Of a DNA stretch of 64,000 nucleotides, positions 1-8,436 are shown one piece after another. Under the pieces are notes generated by a model. It was not told where the DNA came from and made no database searches. It saw only the letters and a list, made by a program, of their open reading frames with translations. Position numbers and translations under genes: made by a program. Source of the stretch: an uncultured Candidatus Saccharibacteria bacterium. Its GTDB lineage: Bacteria; Patescibacteriota; Doudnabacteria; UBA920. The stretch is from the NCBI GenBank assembly GCA_964594755.1, contig CAZQMO010000001.1:169-64168 (forward strand), written 5' to 3'. Within the stretch, counting starts at the first letter, position 1; every line of letters begins with the position of its first letter.

Positions 1-135
1 ACCAAGCACCTCAAGTACTAGGTGAAGCGACTGAACTTCCTCGTACTGGTACTCCTTTGGCAATCGCGTTCAGCTTAGTCGGAATCTTGGCAATCATTAT
101 GATTCCACGTTACGCTAAAATAGCTGTTAAATAAC
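1..135 (+). CDS. C-terminal end of a surface protein with an LPXTG-type sorting signal (partial, 5' end outside window)
   Basis: The frame ending at the 133-135 stop translates to ...ELPRTGTPLAIAFSLVGILAIIMIPRYAKIAVK. That is an LPRTG motif, a hydrophobic TM stretch and a basic tail, the classic sortase substrate tail. Confidence 0.6.
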
Positions 136-138
136 GAT

Positions 139-200
139 TTCAAAAAGAGCCCCCGTTTTGCCCTGCGTATCTTTACGCCGAGCAGGGAGGGGCTCTTTTT
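139..200 (+). terminator. rho-independent terminator
   Basis: GC-rich inverted repeat agagcccc...ggggctct followed by a T7 run. Confidence 0.6.
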
Positions 201-240
201 TTATTGATTTCACTCTCAGGGTGTATAATAATAGCAACAA

Positions 241-852
241 ATGCATCAGATTACTGTTATAGTTAAATGGTTAATCTTACTGGCTGTAGTAGCAGCTTTG
301 GTTTTTGTTTTGTTAAACTTTAATTATTTCAGTCAACATTTAACTTATTTCTTTGATCAAACATTTGTCACTGACGCACAACGAGAATTCCGCAGAAATG
401 AGCAACGAATTCAACAAAAGCCCAACGAAATTTATATACCAGCTCTCGAGATTCGGGCGCCGATTATTTTTACATCAGATACAAATGAAGCTGGTTTTCA
501 GCAGGCGCTTCAAAAAGGAGTAGTGCTCTATCCTGGGACAGCACAGGTAGGACAGGTTGGTAATACTTATATTTTTGGCCATTCTTCTGATTTTGCTTTT
601 GCCCCTGGAGAATTCAAAACAGTGTTTGCTTTATTACCGAACTTACAAATAGGTGAACAAGTTTTAGTGAGTAATGAAAACGGAAAAATCTTTAAATATA
701 TTGTCTACGAAAAATTTGTCGCTGAAAAAACCGCAACGCATTTACTTAGTCAAGATACTGGGGGACGCAAAGTCTTAACCTTACAAACTTCCTACCCAAT
801 TGGCACCGCATTAAAGCGCTATATAGTTAGAGCTGAACTATTGCCAGAATAA
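241..852 (+). CDS. sortase-family transpeptidase-like protein with Ser at the catalytic Cys position
   Basis: N-terminal TM anchor. Conserved His in NTYIFGHSSD, a TLQTS motif where sortases have TLxTC, and Arg at +13 (YIVRAEL), matching SrtA His-Cys-Arg spacing. The codon at 790-792 is tcc (Ser). Confidence 0.6.
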   Translation: MHQITVIVKWLILLAVVAALVFVLLNFNYFSQHLTYFFDQTFVTDAQREFRRNEQRIQQKPNEIYIPALEIRAPIIFTSDTNEAGFQQALQKGVVLYPGTAQVGQVGNTYIFGHSSDFAFAPGEFKTVFALLPNLQIGEQVLVSNENGKIFKYIVYEKFVAEKTATHLLSQDTGGRKVLTLQTSYPIGTALKRYIVRAELLPE

Positions 853-854
853 AA

Positions 855-880
855 AAGAACCCTGCGGGGTTCTTTTAGGA
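855..880 (+). terminator. rho-independent terminator
   Basis: aaccctgcggggtt hairpin followed by a T-run. Confidence 0.6.
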
Positions 881-937
881 TCTGGTTAACCAAGCTCACC
901 GGTTTCAGATTAACAACTAACAGATTTAGTGTCAATC

Positions 938-1009
938 TGGTGGACCGGAGGAGAATCGAACTCCCAAAACCAAGATGGTGAGCCTAGTTTTATCAACCAG
1001 ATCCGGCCC
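938..1009 (-). tRNA. tRNA-like gene with canonical T-arm and encoded CCA but a non-canonical D/anticodon region (identity unresolved)
   Basis: The reverse complement reads GGGCCGG...GGGAGTTCGATTCTCCTCCGGTCCACCA. A 7-bp acceptor stem, a GGGAG/TTCGATT/CTCCT T-arm and CCA are clear. The middle 40 nt does not fold into standard D and anticodon arms by eye. Confidence 0.4.
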
Positions 1010-1267
1010 ACTACTTTGAGGTTATAGACCTTAGTTCAATTTTAAATCAGGCTCAAATCAAAGTTTAATAAATTGGCTTAAATAAAGGATTTTTTTGTTG
1101 AGTTCTGGAAAAACTTACAAAAAACCCAATAAACCCTTGACTAATCCCCAAAAACCCTTGTGTTTTCGGGGTTTTTTATATACGATTAATACATAAGTCC
1201 AGCTTCTGAGTTCTAGAGACCAGGGGCACAATCAATTAAGCATCTCTACGGAGATTTAAGGAAAAAA

Positions 1268-1540
1268 ATGACAAAGTCAGAAATCATGCAGCACCTTGCT
1301 GAACAAACTGGTATGACCAAGAAGCAAGTTGTTGAATTCATGGAAGCTATGGTGAACTTGGCTTACAAAGAAACCAAGTCCGCTGGTGAATTTTCAATTC
1401 CTGGTTTGGGAAAGCTTAAGAAGAAGCATCGCGACGCTCGTATGGGCCGTAATCCTGCAACCGGTGAATCTATCAAGATTCCTGCTAAGACTGTTGTTAA
1501 GTTTACAGTTGCTAAGGCAGCTAAGGACGCAATTTTATAA
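1268..1540 (+). CDS. hup: DNA-binding protein HU/IHF family
   Basis: 90 aa. MTKSEI..KKQVVEF...GEFSIPGLGKL...RMGRNPATGE.IKIPAKTVVKF is typical of HU. Confidence 0.9.
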   Translation: MTKSEIMQHLAEQTGMTKKQVVEFMEAMVNLAYKETKSAGEFSIPGLGKLKKKHRDARMGRNPATGESIKIPAKTVVKFTVAKAAKDAIL

Positions 1541-1545
1541 AATGA

Positions 1546-1588
1546 ATTAGGCCACCGTTGCACGGGCATTATTGCCCTGTGCATGGTG
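1546..1588 (+). terminator. terminator hairpin downstream of hup
   Basis: Perfect long inverted repeat ggccaccgttgcacgggca / tgccctgtgcatggtggcc followed by tttctt. Confidence 0.6.
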
Positions 1589-1607
1589 GCCTTTCTTAAT
1601 TTAGCAA

Positions 1608-1635
1608 AAGAAAACCCGCATTAGAGTGCGGGGAA
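1608..1635 (-). terminator. terminator for the convergent response-regulator gene
   Basis: cccgcattagagtgcggg hairpin with a T-run on the minus strand. Confidence 0.5.
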
Positions 1636-1645
1636 AGTAGTGAGA

Positions 1646-2125
1646 TTATTGATTGATAGGAGGGGAGCCAGCTTGGTTATTAACTGAGAGTTCAGCAAAT
1701 TTGTTTGGGTTAGCTATTACTTCGTGAACTTTCTTTAAGATTTCTTCGGTAGTGAAATATGCTTTAACCATATATGCTTGAACATGCAGGGCTTTGGTTT
1801 TAAGAATATCTTTATTGCTCCAGAGGTTAGAAAGAATGATGATTGGGGTTTTAGCTATATCTGGGTCTGAGTTCCTACGAATGGTTTCTAAAACTTTAAA
1901 ACCATCAACTTCTGGTAACATCAAATCAAGTAAAACCAAACTTGGTTTGGTTTCAATAATTAGGTCAATGCCGGCTTTGCCGTCCTCAGCCTCTTTTACA
2001 ATGTAACCACTGTTTGAGAGTTTGTGGGTGACAATTTCCCGCATCGCCACATCATCTTCCACGATCACAATTGTCTTTTTGTTATCTTCTGGCGGCATGT
2101 GTTTAGTGGGTATATTATACCACAA
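1646..2125 (-). CDS. response regulator receiver-domain protein (no recognisable DNA-binding output domain)
   Basis: IVIVEDD...LLDLMLPEVDGFKVL...TPIIILS is a CheY-like receiver with its conserved Asp residues, followed by about 40 extra C-terminal residues. Confidence 0.75.
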   Translation of the reverse strand: MWYNIPTKHMPPEDNKKTIVIVEDDVAMREIVTHKLSNSGYIVKEAEDGKAGIDLIIETKPSLVLLDLMLPEVDGFKVLETIRRNSDPDIAKTPIIILSNLWSNKDILKTKALHVQAYMVKAYFTTEEILKKVHEVIANPNKFAELSVNNQAGSPPINQ

Positions 2126-2159
2126 AAATCAAGTTGACTAATAATGAAAAAATAAATAG

Positions 2160-2558
2160 ATGAAGAAAGTTCAGCATTTTGGAGAGCACTTAACTATTGA
2201 TGGCTACGGAGGCCAATATAATAAACTTAATGATAAAAAAATCGTTGAGAAGGTGTTAATTGAACTACCCAGCCTGTTAGGCATGAACCGCTTGACTGAA
2301 CCAAATGTGATTTTGGCACCAGAAAATGATTTAAAGGACCCAGGTGGTTGGAGCGGTTTTGTTATAATCGCTGAGAGTCATATAAGTCTTCATACTTTTC
2401 CGAAAAGGGGATTTATTAGTGCAGATGTCTATACTTGTCAGAATGGTTTGGAACAAGAAAAGATTAAGCAATATTTTATTGATATGTTTGATTTAAAGGA
2501 TTTAGAAGTTAACTTTGTGATTAGGGGTACAAAATACCCTGACCATAATTTGGTATAA
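2160..2558 (+). CDS. speH: S-adenosylmethionine decarboxylase proenzyme family (class 1b, SpeH-like pyruvoyl enzyme); substrate uncertain
   Basis: 132 aa. AESHISLHTFPKRGFISADVYTC matches the ESH(I/L)S(I/L)HT(W/F)PE self-cleavage motif of small AdoMetDC proenzymes. Confidence 0.75.
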   Translation: MKKVQHFGEHLTIDGYGGQYNKLNDKKIVEKVLIELPSLLGMNRLTEPNVILAPENDLKDPGGWSGFVIIAESHISLHTFPKRGFISADVYTCQNGLEQEKIKQYFIDMFDLKDLEVNFVIRGTKYPDHNLV

Positions 2559-2581
2559 TTTTTATAGTAATTAATTTTAGA

Positions 2582-3265
2582 GTGAACATGGCTAGCAAAA
2601 CAGTAGGCAAGTATTCGAAAAAAGTAAAAGATAAGTATTTAAAAACTGTCCTAGATTTCAACCAAAAAGAATTGGTTATGCATTTTAAAAAAGGAAAGAA
2701 AGAGCTTGTCAATCAGATTATGCAGGATTGGGAAAAGCCCTACATGAAAGAGTTGGCTTCTATCGCAACTTCAAAAGGCGGAACTGTTTTAGAGGTTGGA
2801 TTTGGAATGGGGATTTCAGCTGGGTTTATTCAAAAAGTGAAAAAAATGAAATCGCACGTAGTTGTTGAATGCCATCCATTAGTAATAGCTTCAGCGAAGA
2901 AAAAATTTCCCGCAGCAATAAAAAGTGAAAGGTTAAAAATTTTAAAGGGTTTTTGGGAAGACGTTACGAAAAATATTCCAGATAAAAGTTTTGATGGCAT
3001 TCTTTTTGATTCATGTCCGCTGGATAAGGAAGTAGAATTCTTTCAATTTTTTCCATTCTTTAAGGAAGCTTATAGGTTATTGAAAGACGATGGGATATTC
3101 ACCTATTTTTCGGATGAACCTAAAACAATCTCTGTTGAGCATAGGGCGTTATTGAAGAAGGCTGGGTTTAAAGATATAAAGTATAAAGTTTGTGCAGTCA
3201 ACCCTCCTAAAGATTGTATTTACTGGAAGCATAAAACGATTGTTGCACCAATAGTGAGAAAATAA
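2582..3265 (+). CDS. SAM-dependent methyltransferase of the guanidinoacetate N-methyltransferase (GAMT/RMT2) family
   Basis: GGTVLEVGFGMGISAGF, LKGFWEDV, FDGILFDSCPLDKE, GIFTYFSDE and NPPKDCIYWKHKTIVAPIV align along the whole length with GAMT motifs as recalled. The first codon may be GTG at 2582, or the ATG at 2588. Confidence 0.6.
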   Translation: MNMASKTVGKYSKKVKDKYLKTVLDFNQKELVMHFKKGKKELVNQIMQDWEKPYMKELASIATSKGGTVLEVGFGMGISAGFIQKVKKMKSHVVVECHPLVIASAKKKFPAAIKSERLKILKGFWEDVTKNIPDKSFDGILFDSCPLDKEVEFFQFFPFFKEAYRLLKDDGIFTYFSDEPKTISVEHRALLKKAGFKDIKYKVCAVNPPKDCIYWKHKTIVAPIVRK

Positions 3266-3371
3266 TTTTTAACCAACCTTTTTGAAGTTGTTTTCAAACT
3301 ATACGGAGACTAATGTAAAATTGCACAAATGAAATTTTTATGATATTTATTAAGTTGTAAGTATGTAAATT

Positions 3372-4199
3372 ATGAAAGAATATTTTTTGGAACAATTTAG
3401 GGAAAGTAAAGGGTTTATGGTTGCAACCATCATCTTTATTGCATTAAGTGCTTGGTGGGTGTCAATCTATCTTCGTTTTCTGACTGAAGGGCTAGAGAAT
3501 GATCTGTTTACAAATCTTTTGATATTATTTCCCTTATTTGGTGGTGTCGCTGGATTGTATTACGCCAAACTTTGGGGAGGTCTCAAAAGCAGATTTGGGA
3601 TGGCTATTTTTACTTTATCTTCAGGACTGTTGGCACAGTTCATTGGTACTATCTTATATAATTATTATATTTATATTTTAGGTGTCGAAGTTCCATACCC
3701 ATCAATAGGGGATGTGTTCTTTTACATAAGTGTTTTGGCATATATCGTGGGATCATATCAGCTTGCTAGAGTCCTCGGTGTGCAATTTAGCTCCCAATCA
3801 TTTACTAATAAATTAGTTGGGATATTTATCCCACTAGTTGCATTGTTGGGTTCATATTTAATTCTCTTACGTGAATATGATTTTACTACCAGTACTCCTC
3901 TGTTAATTTTTTTGGATTTTGGATGGCAAATCGGTCAAGTAATTTACATCTCTATAGCTCTTTTTGCCTTATTTATCTCGAAGAACACTTTGGGTGGTTT
4001 AATGAGAAAACCGATTATTTTATTGATCGCAGCGCTTACAGTACAGTTTATATCAGATTTTCAGTTCTCTTACCAAGTAAATAATGATACTTGGTATGTT
4101 GGTGGTTTCAATGATTATGTTTTCATGCTTTCTTTGTATTTAATGACCTTAGCGATATTCTCAATTGGCAATATCTATTACAAGATTCAAAAATCTTAA
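3372..4199 (+). CDS. polytopic integral membrane protein, unknown function
   Basis: 275 aa with roughly 8 hydrophobic helices and no recognisable motif. Confidence 0.6.
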   Translation: MKEYFLEQFRESKGFMVATIIFIALSAWWVSIYLRFLTEGLENDLFTNLLILFPLFGGVAGLYYAKLWGGLKSRFGMAIFTLSSGLLAQFIGTILYNYYIYILGVEVPYPSIGDVFFYISVLAYIVGSYQLARVLGVQFSSQSFTNKLVGIFIPLVALLGSYLILLREYDFTTSTPLLIFLDFGWQIGQVIYISIALFALFISKNTLGGLMRKPIILLIAALTVQFISDFQFSYQVNNDTWYVGGFNDYVFMLSLYLMTLAIFSIGNIYYKIQKS

Positions 4200-4203
4200 A
4201 TAT

Positions 4204-4509
4204 ATGACAACTACTACTCAAGACGAATTAGCTGTATTCACTCAAATATCTTTGAGGATAATCAAAGAGCAGGAGCTTGTTATTGGTCCAGTTGCTTGGC
4301 AAGAAGCTAAGAAGGTTGTTGGGTTCAATATTTCTGATGCTAATAATGAGCAAGTTACCTTCGAAGGTGACCCGAAAGAAGTTCTAAACCGATTAGTTGA
4401 ACAGTATTCTCGTCTTTTCGGACAGGTTTCTAGGGAAGTATGTAAAGATGCAGTTCAAGATTTATTAGCTGAACTTCCATCAAACGATATTCCATCAAAT
4501 TTACGATAG
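4204..4509 (+). CDS. hypothetical protein
   Basis: The ORF starts at a Met just after the upstream stop. It is acidic and soluble, with no motif. Confidence 0.4.
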   Translation: MTTTTQDELAVFTQISLRIIKEQELVIGPVAWQEAKKVVGFNISDANNEQVTFEGDPKEVLNRLVEQYSRLFGQVSREVCKDAVQDLLAELPSNDIPSNLR

Positions 4510-4525
4510 TCTAAAAAAATAAAAA

Positions 4526-5911
4526 ATGTCTACCAAAGCTGCAAGTGAACCAAATTTGCAGCAGTTGAATGAGCAAATCTATAAGCATAGCTTAGAACTT
4601 GCCGTAATCAATAAAACTCTTTCACTGCTTCGTAAGCTGTATCAGATAAGCTTACTTACTTTAGACCCGGATAAACTTTCCGAAAAGATTTCGGACACAG
4701 TCCGGGTTGATTTAAATATGGAGGTGGTTGGGATATTCATTGTGCTTGGTGAGACTAAACAGATTTCACCACAACCTTTTTCAATGTCGGATCGTTTTGC
4801 TGATGTTGTTAAAGCAGAAGGAATAGCCTGGGCTGAAGCAGAATCTTTTGATGCTTCAAAGAATGTGGTGTTAAATAAAGTAATAACTAATAAAGAATGG
4901 CATACTACTAAGAGTTTTCAGGATGTGTTTGGTGAATGGGTTGATCCAGCCAAGCTAAAAAAAATAGATGTCGAAGGCCATATTGACACTGTTCTAATTT
5001 ATCCTCTTGTAACTCAGGATGAGCTCATTGGTATTTTAATGTTAGGTTTAAACCGAGGCTATGATACTCTAAGTGATTTCGAGCAAGAAGCAATAAGTAG
5101 TCTGGCCAATGTAGTAGCCGTTGCTTTGGATAAAGCTTTAGTTTATGAGAAATTGAAAATTGCAAATGAGCAACTCAAAGCTCTCGATAAGGCTCGAGCT
5201 GAGTTCATTTCCATTGCCAGTCACCAGCTGCGCACTCCTCCTGCGACCATTAAATGGTATCTTAATGCCGTACTCAATGGTGACTTTGGTAAATTATCCG
5301 ATGAGTTATATGCTGCCCTCGAGCGTACTAATGTGACTAACGAGGCGCAAATTTCGACCATTGATGATTTACTAAACGCCTCTCGTATTGAACGGGGAAA
5401 GCTGGAGTTCTTCTTTCAACCTGCAAATATGGCACCAATGGTTTCCCAGTTAGTTGAGCAGCTACAACCTTTAGTAAAAATGCATAAGCAAAACATAGTC
5501 TACAAAGGTCCGACCGAAAAAATTCCAGACATTGTGATGGACGGAGAAAAGATCCGTCAAGTGCTCAACAATATGATTGATAACGCCATCAAATATTCAA
5601 AACAGGGGGATATTGTTGTTAAGCTTGAACATGATCAGGACAACATCACTGTAAAAGTTGTTGATACAGGTAAGGGTATGGATAAAGAAACCCAAGAAGC
5701 CTTATTTAAAAAATATTCCAGAGGTAAGGATAGTGCGACTCATGCCACAGGATTGGGCCTGGGTATGTACGTTGCTAAGGTCATTGTAGAGCAACACAAT
5801 GGCCGTATATGGGCGGAAAGCCCTGGGGTAGGTAAAGGGTCTACTTTTGCATTTTCTCTGCCAATTAAGAGCAAAATTGAAGCTACAGTGGTTGATCTTG
5901 CCCAAGAATAG
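4526..5911 (+). CDS. cytoplasmic sensor histidine kinase (GAF-like N-terminus, HisKA, HATPase_c)
   Basis: H-box SIASHQLRTP. N-box QVLNNMIDNAIKYS. G-boxes DTGKGM and GLGLGM. No TM segment. Confidence 0.85.
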   Translation: MSTKAASEPNLQQLNEQIYKHSLELAVINKTLSLLRKLYQISLLTLDPDKLSEKISDTVRVDLNMEVVGIFIVLGETKQISPQPFSMSDRFADVVKAEGIAWAEAESFDASKNVVLNKVITNKEWHTTKSFQDVFGEWVDPAKLKKIDVEGHIDTVLIYPLVTQDELIGILMLGLNRGYDTLSDFEQEAISSLANVVAVALDKALVYEKLKIANEQLKALDKARAEFISIASHQLRTPPATIKWYLNAVLNGDFGKLSDELYAALERTNVTNEAQISTIDDLLNASRIERGKLEFFFQPANMAPMVSQLVEQLQPLVKMHKQNIVYKGPTEKIPDIVMDGEKIRQVLNNMIDNAIKYSKQGDIVVKLEHDQDNITVKVVDTGKGMDKETQEALFKKYSRGKDSATHATGLGLGMYVAKVIVEQHNGRIWAESPGVGKGSTFAFSLPIKSKIEATVVDLAQE

Positions 5912-5930
5912 ACCCAAAAGACTTCAAATT

Positions 5931-5938
5931 ATGGTATA
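5931..5938 (+). promoter_or_regulatory. candidate -10 element (ggTATAAT) upstream of the yjbQ-like gene
   Basis: Consensus TATAAT about 65 nt upstream of the 6003 start. Confidence 0.3.
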
Positions 5939-6002
5939 ATTGCATTAGGTCTAATTAACCCTTGGAAACAGTAGTTTCCTCGAAACAAATCTAGTTTCTT
6001 CA

Positions 6003-6446
6003 ATGGCTATCTATTCAAAATTAGTTGAAGTGACTTCCAAAAAACAATTTGAGCTCATAGACATCACTGGCCAAGTAGCTGAGGTGGTTGGTTCGAGTGG
6101 GATAAAAAACGGCATCGCCTTAGTCTATAACCCTCACACCACTGCAAGTATTCGGTTAACTCACAATGAGCCTATGTTGATGCAGGATGTTATGAAAATG
6201 TTATATCGGGTAGTGCCGCTGGAAGAAAATTATTCGCATGATGTCTTTGAGATGCGTACTGAAGTGGAAGTCAATGAGCGTAGTAATGGTCATGCTCATG
6301 TAAAATCTTTTCTGCTGGGTAGTAGTCAAACCATTCCTATCGCCGATAATAAGTTGTCACTTGGCACTGTGCAAACTCTGTTTTTTGTAGAATTGGATGG
6401 TGGGCGTAAGCGAGATTTTCATGTTGTTATTTATGGGGAGCAATAG
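6003..6446 (+). CDS. yjbQ: YjbQ/UPF0047 family protein (secondary thiamine-phosphate synthase-like)
   Basis: GIALVYNPHTTASI, NGHAHVKSFLLGSS and VELDGGRKR are characteristic of the YjbQ family. Confidence 0.7.
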   Translation: MAIYSKLVEVTSKKQFELIDITGQVAEVVGSSGIKNGIALVYNPHTTASIRLTHNEPMLMQDVMKMLYRVVPLEENYSHDVFEMRTEVEVNERSNGHAHVKSFLLGSSQTIPIADNKLSLGTVQTLFFVELDGGRKRDFHVVIYGEQ

Positions 6447-6516
6447 ATTTTCTATTGCTTTTTATAATGTCATTATTTAAATCCGGTACAGGTCGATGAC
6501 CGGAGGCTAAATCAAA

Positions 6517-6540
6517 TATCATTTGGTACCAAATGATATA
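6517..6540. promoter_or_regulatory. perfect 12+12 palindrome atatcatttggt/accaaatgatat (candidate operator)
   Basis: Exact inverted repeat 17 nt upstream of the 6557 start codon. Confidence 0.4.
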
Positions 6541-6556
6541 AAGAAAGGAATTCATC

Positions 6557-7249
6557 ATGAATTACTACAACGATTATCCTTATGTAGTACAAGACTCAGT
6601 ATATAGCTTGTATGACCGGGTAATTCAATACTTGCCAAATGTCTTAGCTGCAGTAATAGTTTTGTTGCTGGGCTGGATTATTGGTATGTTTTTGGGAAAC
6701 TTACTCAAGCGCGCATTAATGTCCGTTGGTATTGATGGTCTAGGCGACCAACTTGGCTTGAAGCGATTATCTGAACGCAGTGGCCGTACAATCCGTATTT
6801 CGCACATTGTACAGTGGGTTGTAAAATGGTTCTTTATTTTAGCAAGTATCATTGCAGCTTCAGATATTTTGGGCTTCAATAACGTAACTAACTTCTTCTA
6901 CAGCGATGTGTTAGGTTATGCCAGTCATGTGATTATCGCCATGGCCATTATTCTGCTTGGTATGTTGGCTGCGAATTTTTTGGGCGATGTTGTGCAAGGC
7001 ACAGTTAAGGCTGGTGGCTTTGGGACAGCTAATTTGCTTGGATCATTGACTCGCTGGGCAATTATGATTTTTGCTATTATCGCGGCATTATCTGAATTGC
7101 AAATTGCAGAAACCTTCTTGCAAGACTTATTCCGCGCCGTAGTCGCCATGTTGGCAGTTGCGGGTGGTTTAGCCTTCGGCTTGGGTGGTAAGGAGCACGC
7201 CAAAAAAGTACTCGATCATGTCGAGGCTGGAATTTCTTCCAAAAACTAA
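6557..7249 (+). CDS. membrane protein with two internally repeated TM-helix modules (TM_helix-like), unknown function
   Basis: Two similar segments (LGWIIGMFLGNLLKRAL... and LGMLAANFLGDVVQGTV...), each followed by an amphipathic stretch. Confidence 0.5.
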   Translation: MNYYNDYPYVVQDSVYSLYDRVIQYLPNVLAAVIVLLLGWIIGMFLGNLLKRALMSVGIDGLGDQLGLKRLSERSGRTIRISHIVQWVVKWFFILASIIAASDILGFNNVTNFFYSDVLGYASHVIIAMAIILLGMLAANFLGDVVQGTVKAGGFGTANLLGSLTRWAIMIFAIIAALSELQIAETFLQDLFRAVVAMLAVAGGLAFGLGGKEHAKKVLDHVEAGISSKN

Positions 7250-7270
7250 AATAAAACATTGAAATAACAA

Positions 7271-7302
7271 AACCGCCCCATAATAACAGGGCGGTTTTTT
7301 GT
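7271..7302 (+). terminator. rho-independent terminator
   Basis: aaaccgccc...gggcggtttttt. Confidence 0.7.
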
Positions 7303-7368
7303 TGGGTTGGCACCATTAGAACAGACTCGTCATGCACATCATACCATGCATATGAACCTCTTTCAAGG

Positions 7369-7440
7369 TGGTGGAGCAAAAGAGAATCGAACTTCCTGCC
7401 AGTCAAACGGGTCTGCTTTGGTTATAGAATCACGTCCCAC
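7369..7440 (-). tRNA. tRNA-like element (encoded CCA and a T-loop-like GTTCGATTC, but degenerate stems); possible tRNA pseudogene or fragment
   Basis: The reverse complement ends ...GGAAGTTCGATTCTCTTTTGCTCCACCA. Neither the acceptor nor the T stem pairs cleanly. It shares a 28-nt 3' block with the 938-1009 element. Confidence 0.25.
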
Positions 7441-7485
7441 GGTTTCAATTTAACTCTTAAATCCTAAAGCCCAAATTAAGTTTTT

Positions 7486-7511
7486 TGCAAGTTTCAATCA
7501 AATGCTATAAT
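7486..7511 (+). promoter_or_regulatory. sigma70-like promoter (TTGCAA ... TGcTATAAT) for mltG
   Basis: A -35-like TTGCAA and an extended -10 TGcTATAAT sit just before the 7518 ATG. Confidence 0.4.
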
Positions 7512-7517
7512 GCCTTT

Positions 7518-8393
7518 ATGTTAAGAAAATATTGGGCCTTTTTGGCTCTTATCATTATAGTTCTAGGTGCGCTTTTTGTTTATAAACAGGTTTCGGATTA
7601 CCGTGATGAGCAGCGCCGCAGGGTAGAAGCTTTACAGAAAAAAGCTGAAGAAGTTAAGGTGACCATTATCGAAGGTTGGACTCTAACTCAGATTGCAGCA
7701 AAGTTTGAAGAAGTTGAGCTGTTTAGCGCCGATGATTTTTTGGAAACCACCAAAAACTTTAATGCTTCGGCGTATCGGATGGTCAATAAGCCAAGCGATG
7801 CTAGTTTAGAGGGTTATCTATTTCCAGATACTTATCGATTCGCTAAAGGTTCTACTCCTGATGATGTAATCAATAAGATGTTGGAGAACTTTAGTGCACG
7901 GGTTTCTTCCTTGGGAGTTGATTCAGCGGGACAAGATTTTGTGATTGCAGGTTACGAGGATCTCGAGGTTGTTGGTGGAGATAATCAAGCCGGCTTATCT
8001 TTGTATGATGTTCTAACGTTGGCTTCAATAATTGAAAAAGAAGGTGGTGGAAAAGGGCCGATGAGTTTAGCAGAAGAACGAGCGTTGATTTCTGGTGTGT
8101 TTTATAATCGGTTACTAATTGGCCAAGGGTTAGAAAGTGATGCAACCGTAAATTATATTACTGGTAAAAATACTCCTGGGGTGAGCTTAAGAGATACGGA
8201 AATTAATTCACCGTATAACACCTATCGATATGCAGGCCTACCACCAGGGCCAATTGGTGTACCTTCGCTAGGTAGCATTCAAGCTGCGCTCAGACCGACA
8301 AAATCAGACTTTTATTACTTCTTGCACAGACAGCCATCCGGAGAAGTGGTGTTCAGTAAAACCTTCTCTGAACACACTCAAGCCAGACAATAA
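7518..8393 (+). CDS. mltG: endolytic murein transglycosylase MltG (YceG family)
   Basis: N-terminal TM. Hallmark EGYLFPDTYRF and SPYNTYRYAGLPPGPI motifs. The start is placed at the Met after the promoter, since the longer ORF begins inside the promoter. Confidence 0.8.
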   Translation: MLRKYWAFLALIIIVLGALFVYKQVSDYRDEQRRRVEALQKKAEEVKVTIIEGWTLTQIAAKFEEVELFSADDFLETTKNFNASAYRMVNKPSDASLEGYLFPDTYRFAKGSTPDDVINKMLENFSARVSSLGVDSAGQDFVIAGYEDLEVVGGDNQAGLSLYDVLTLASIIEKEGGGKGPMSLAEERALISGVFYNRLLIGQGLESDATVNYITGKNTPGVSLRDTEINSPYNTYRYAGLPPGPIGVPSLGSIQAALRPTKSDFYYFLHRQPSGEVVFSKTFSEHTQARQ

Positions 8394-8436
8394 AGGAAAA
8401 CCGTTCCACAAGGGACGGTTTTTTGTATTTCGATTT

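Noticed and set aside
880-1267. tmRNA (ssrA) in the 390-bp ORF-free region ending at the tRNA-like CCA
   Set aside because: No complementary 5' acceptor strand (CCGGTCC-type) exists upstream within 400 nt. The only pairing partner lies 60 nt from the 3' end, so this is a 72-nt element, not a ~350-nt tmRNA.
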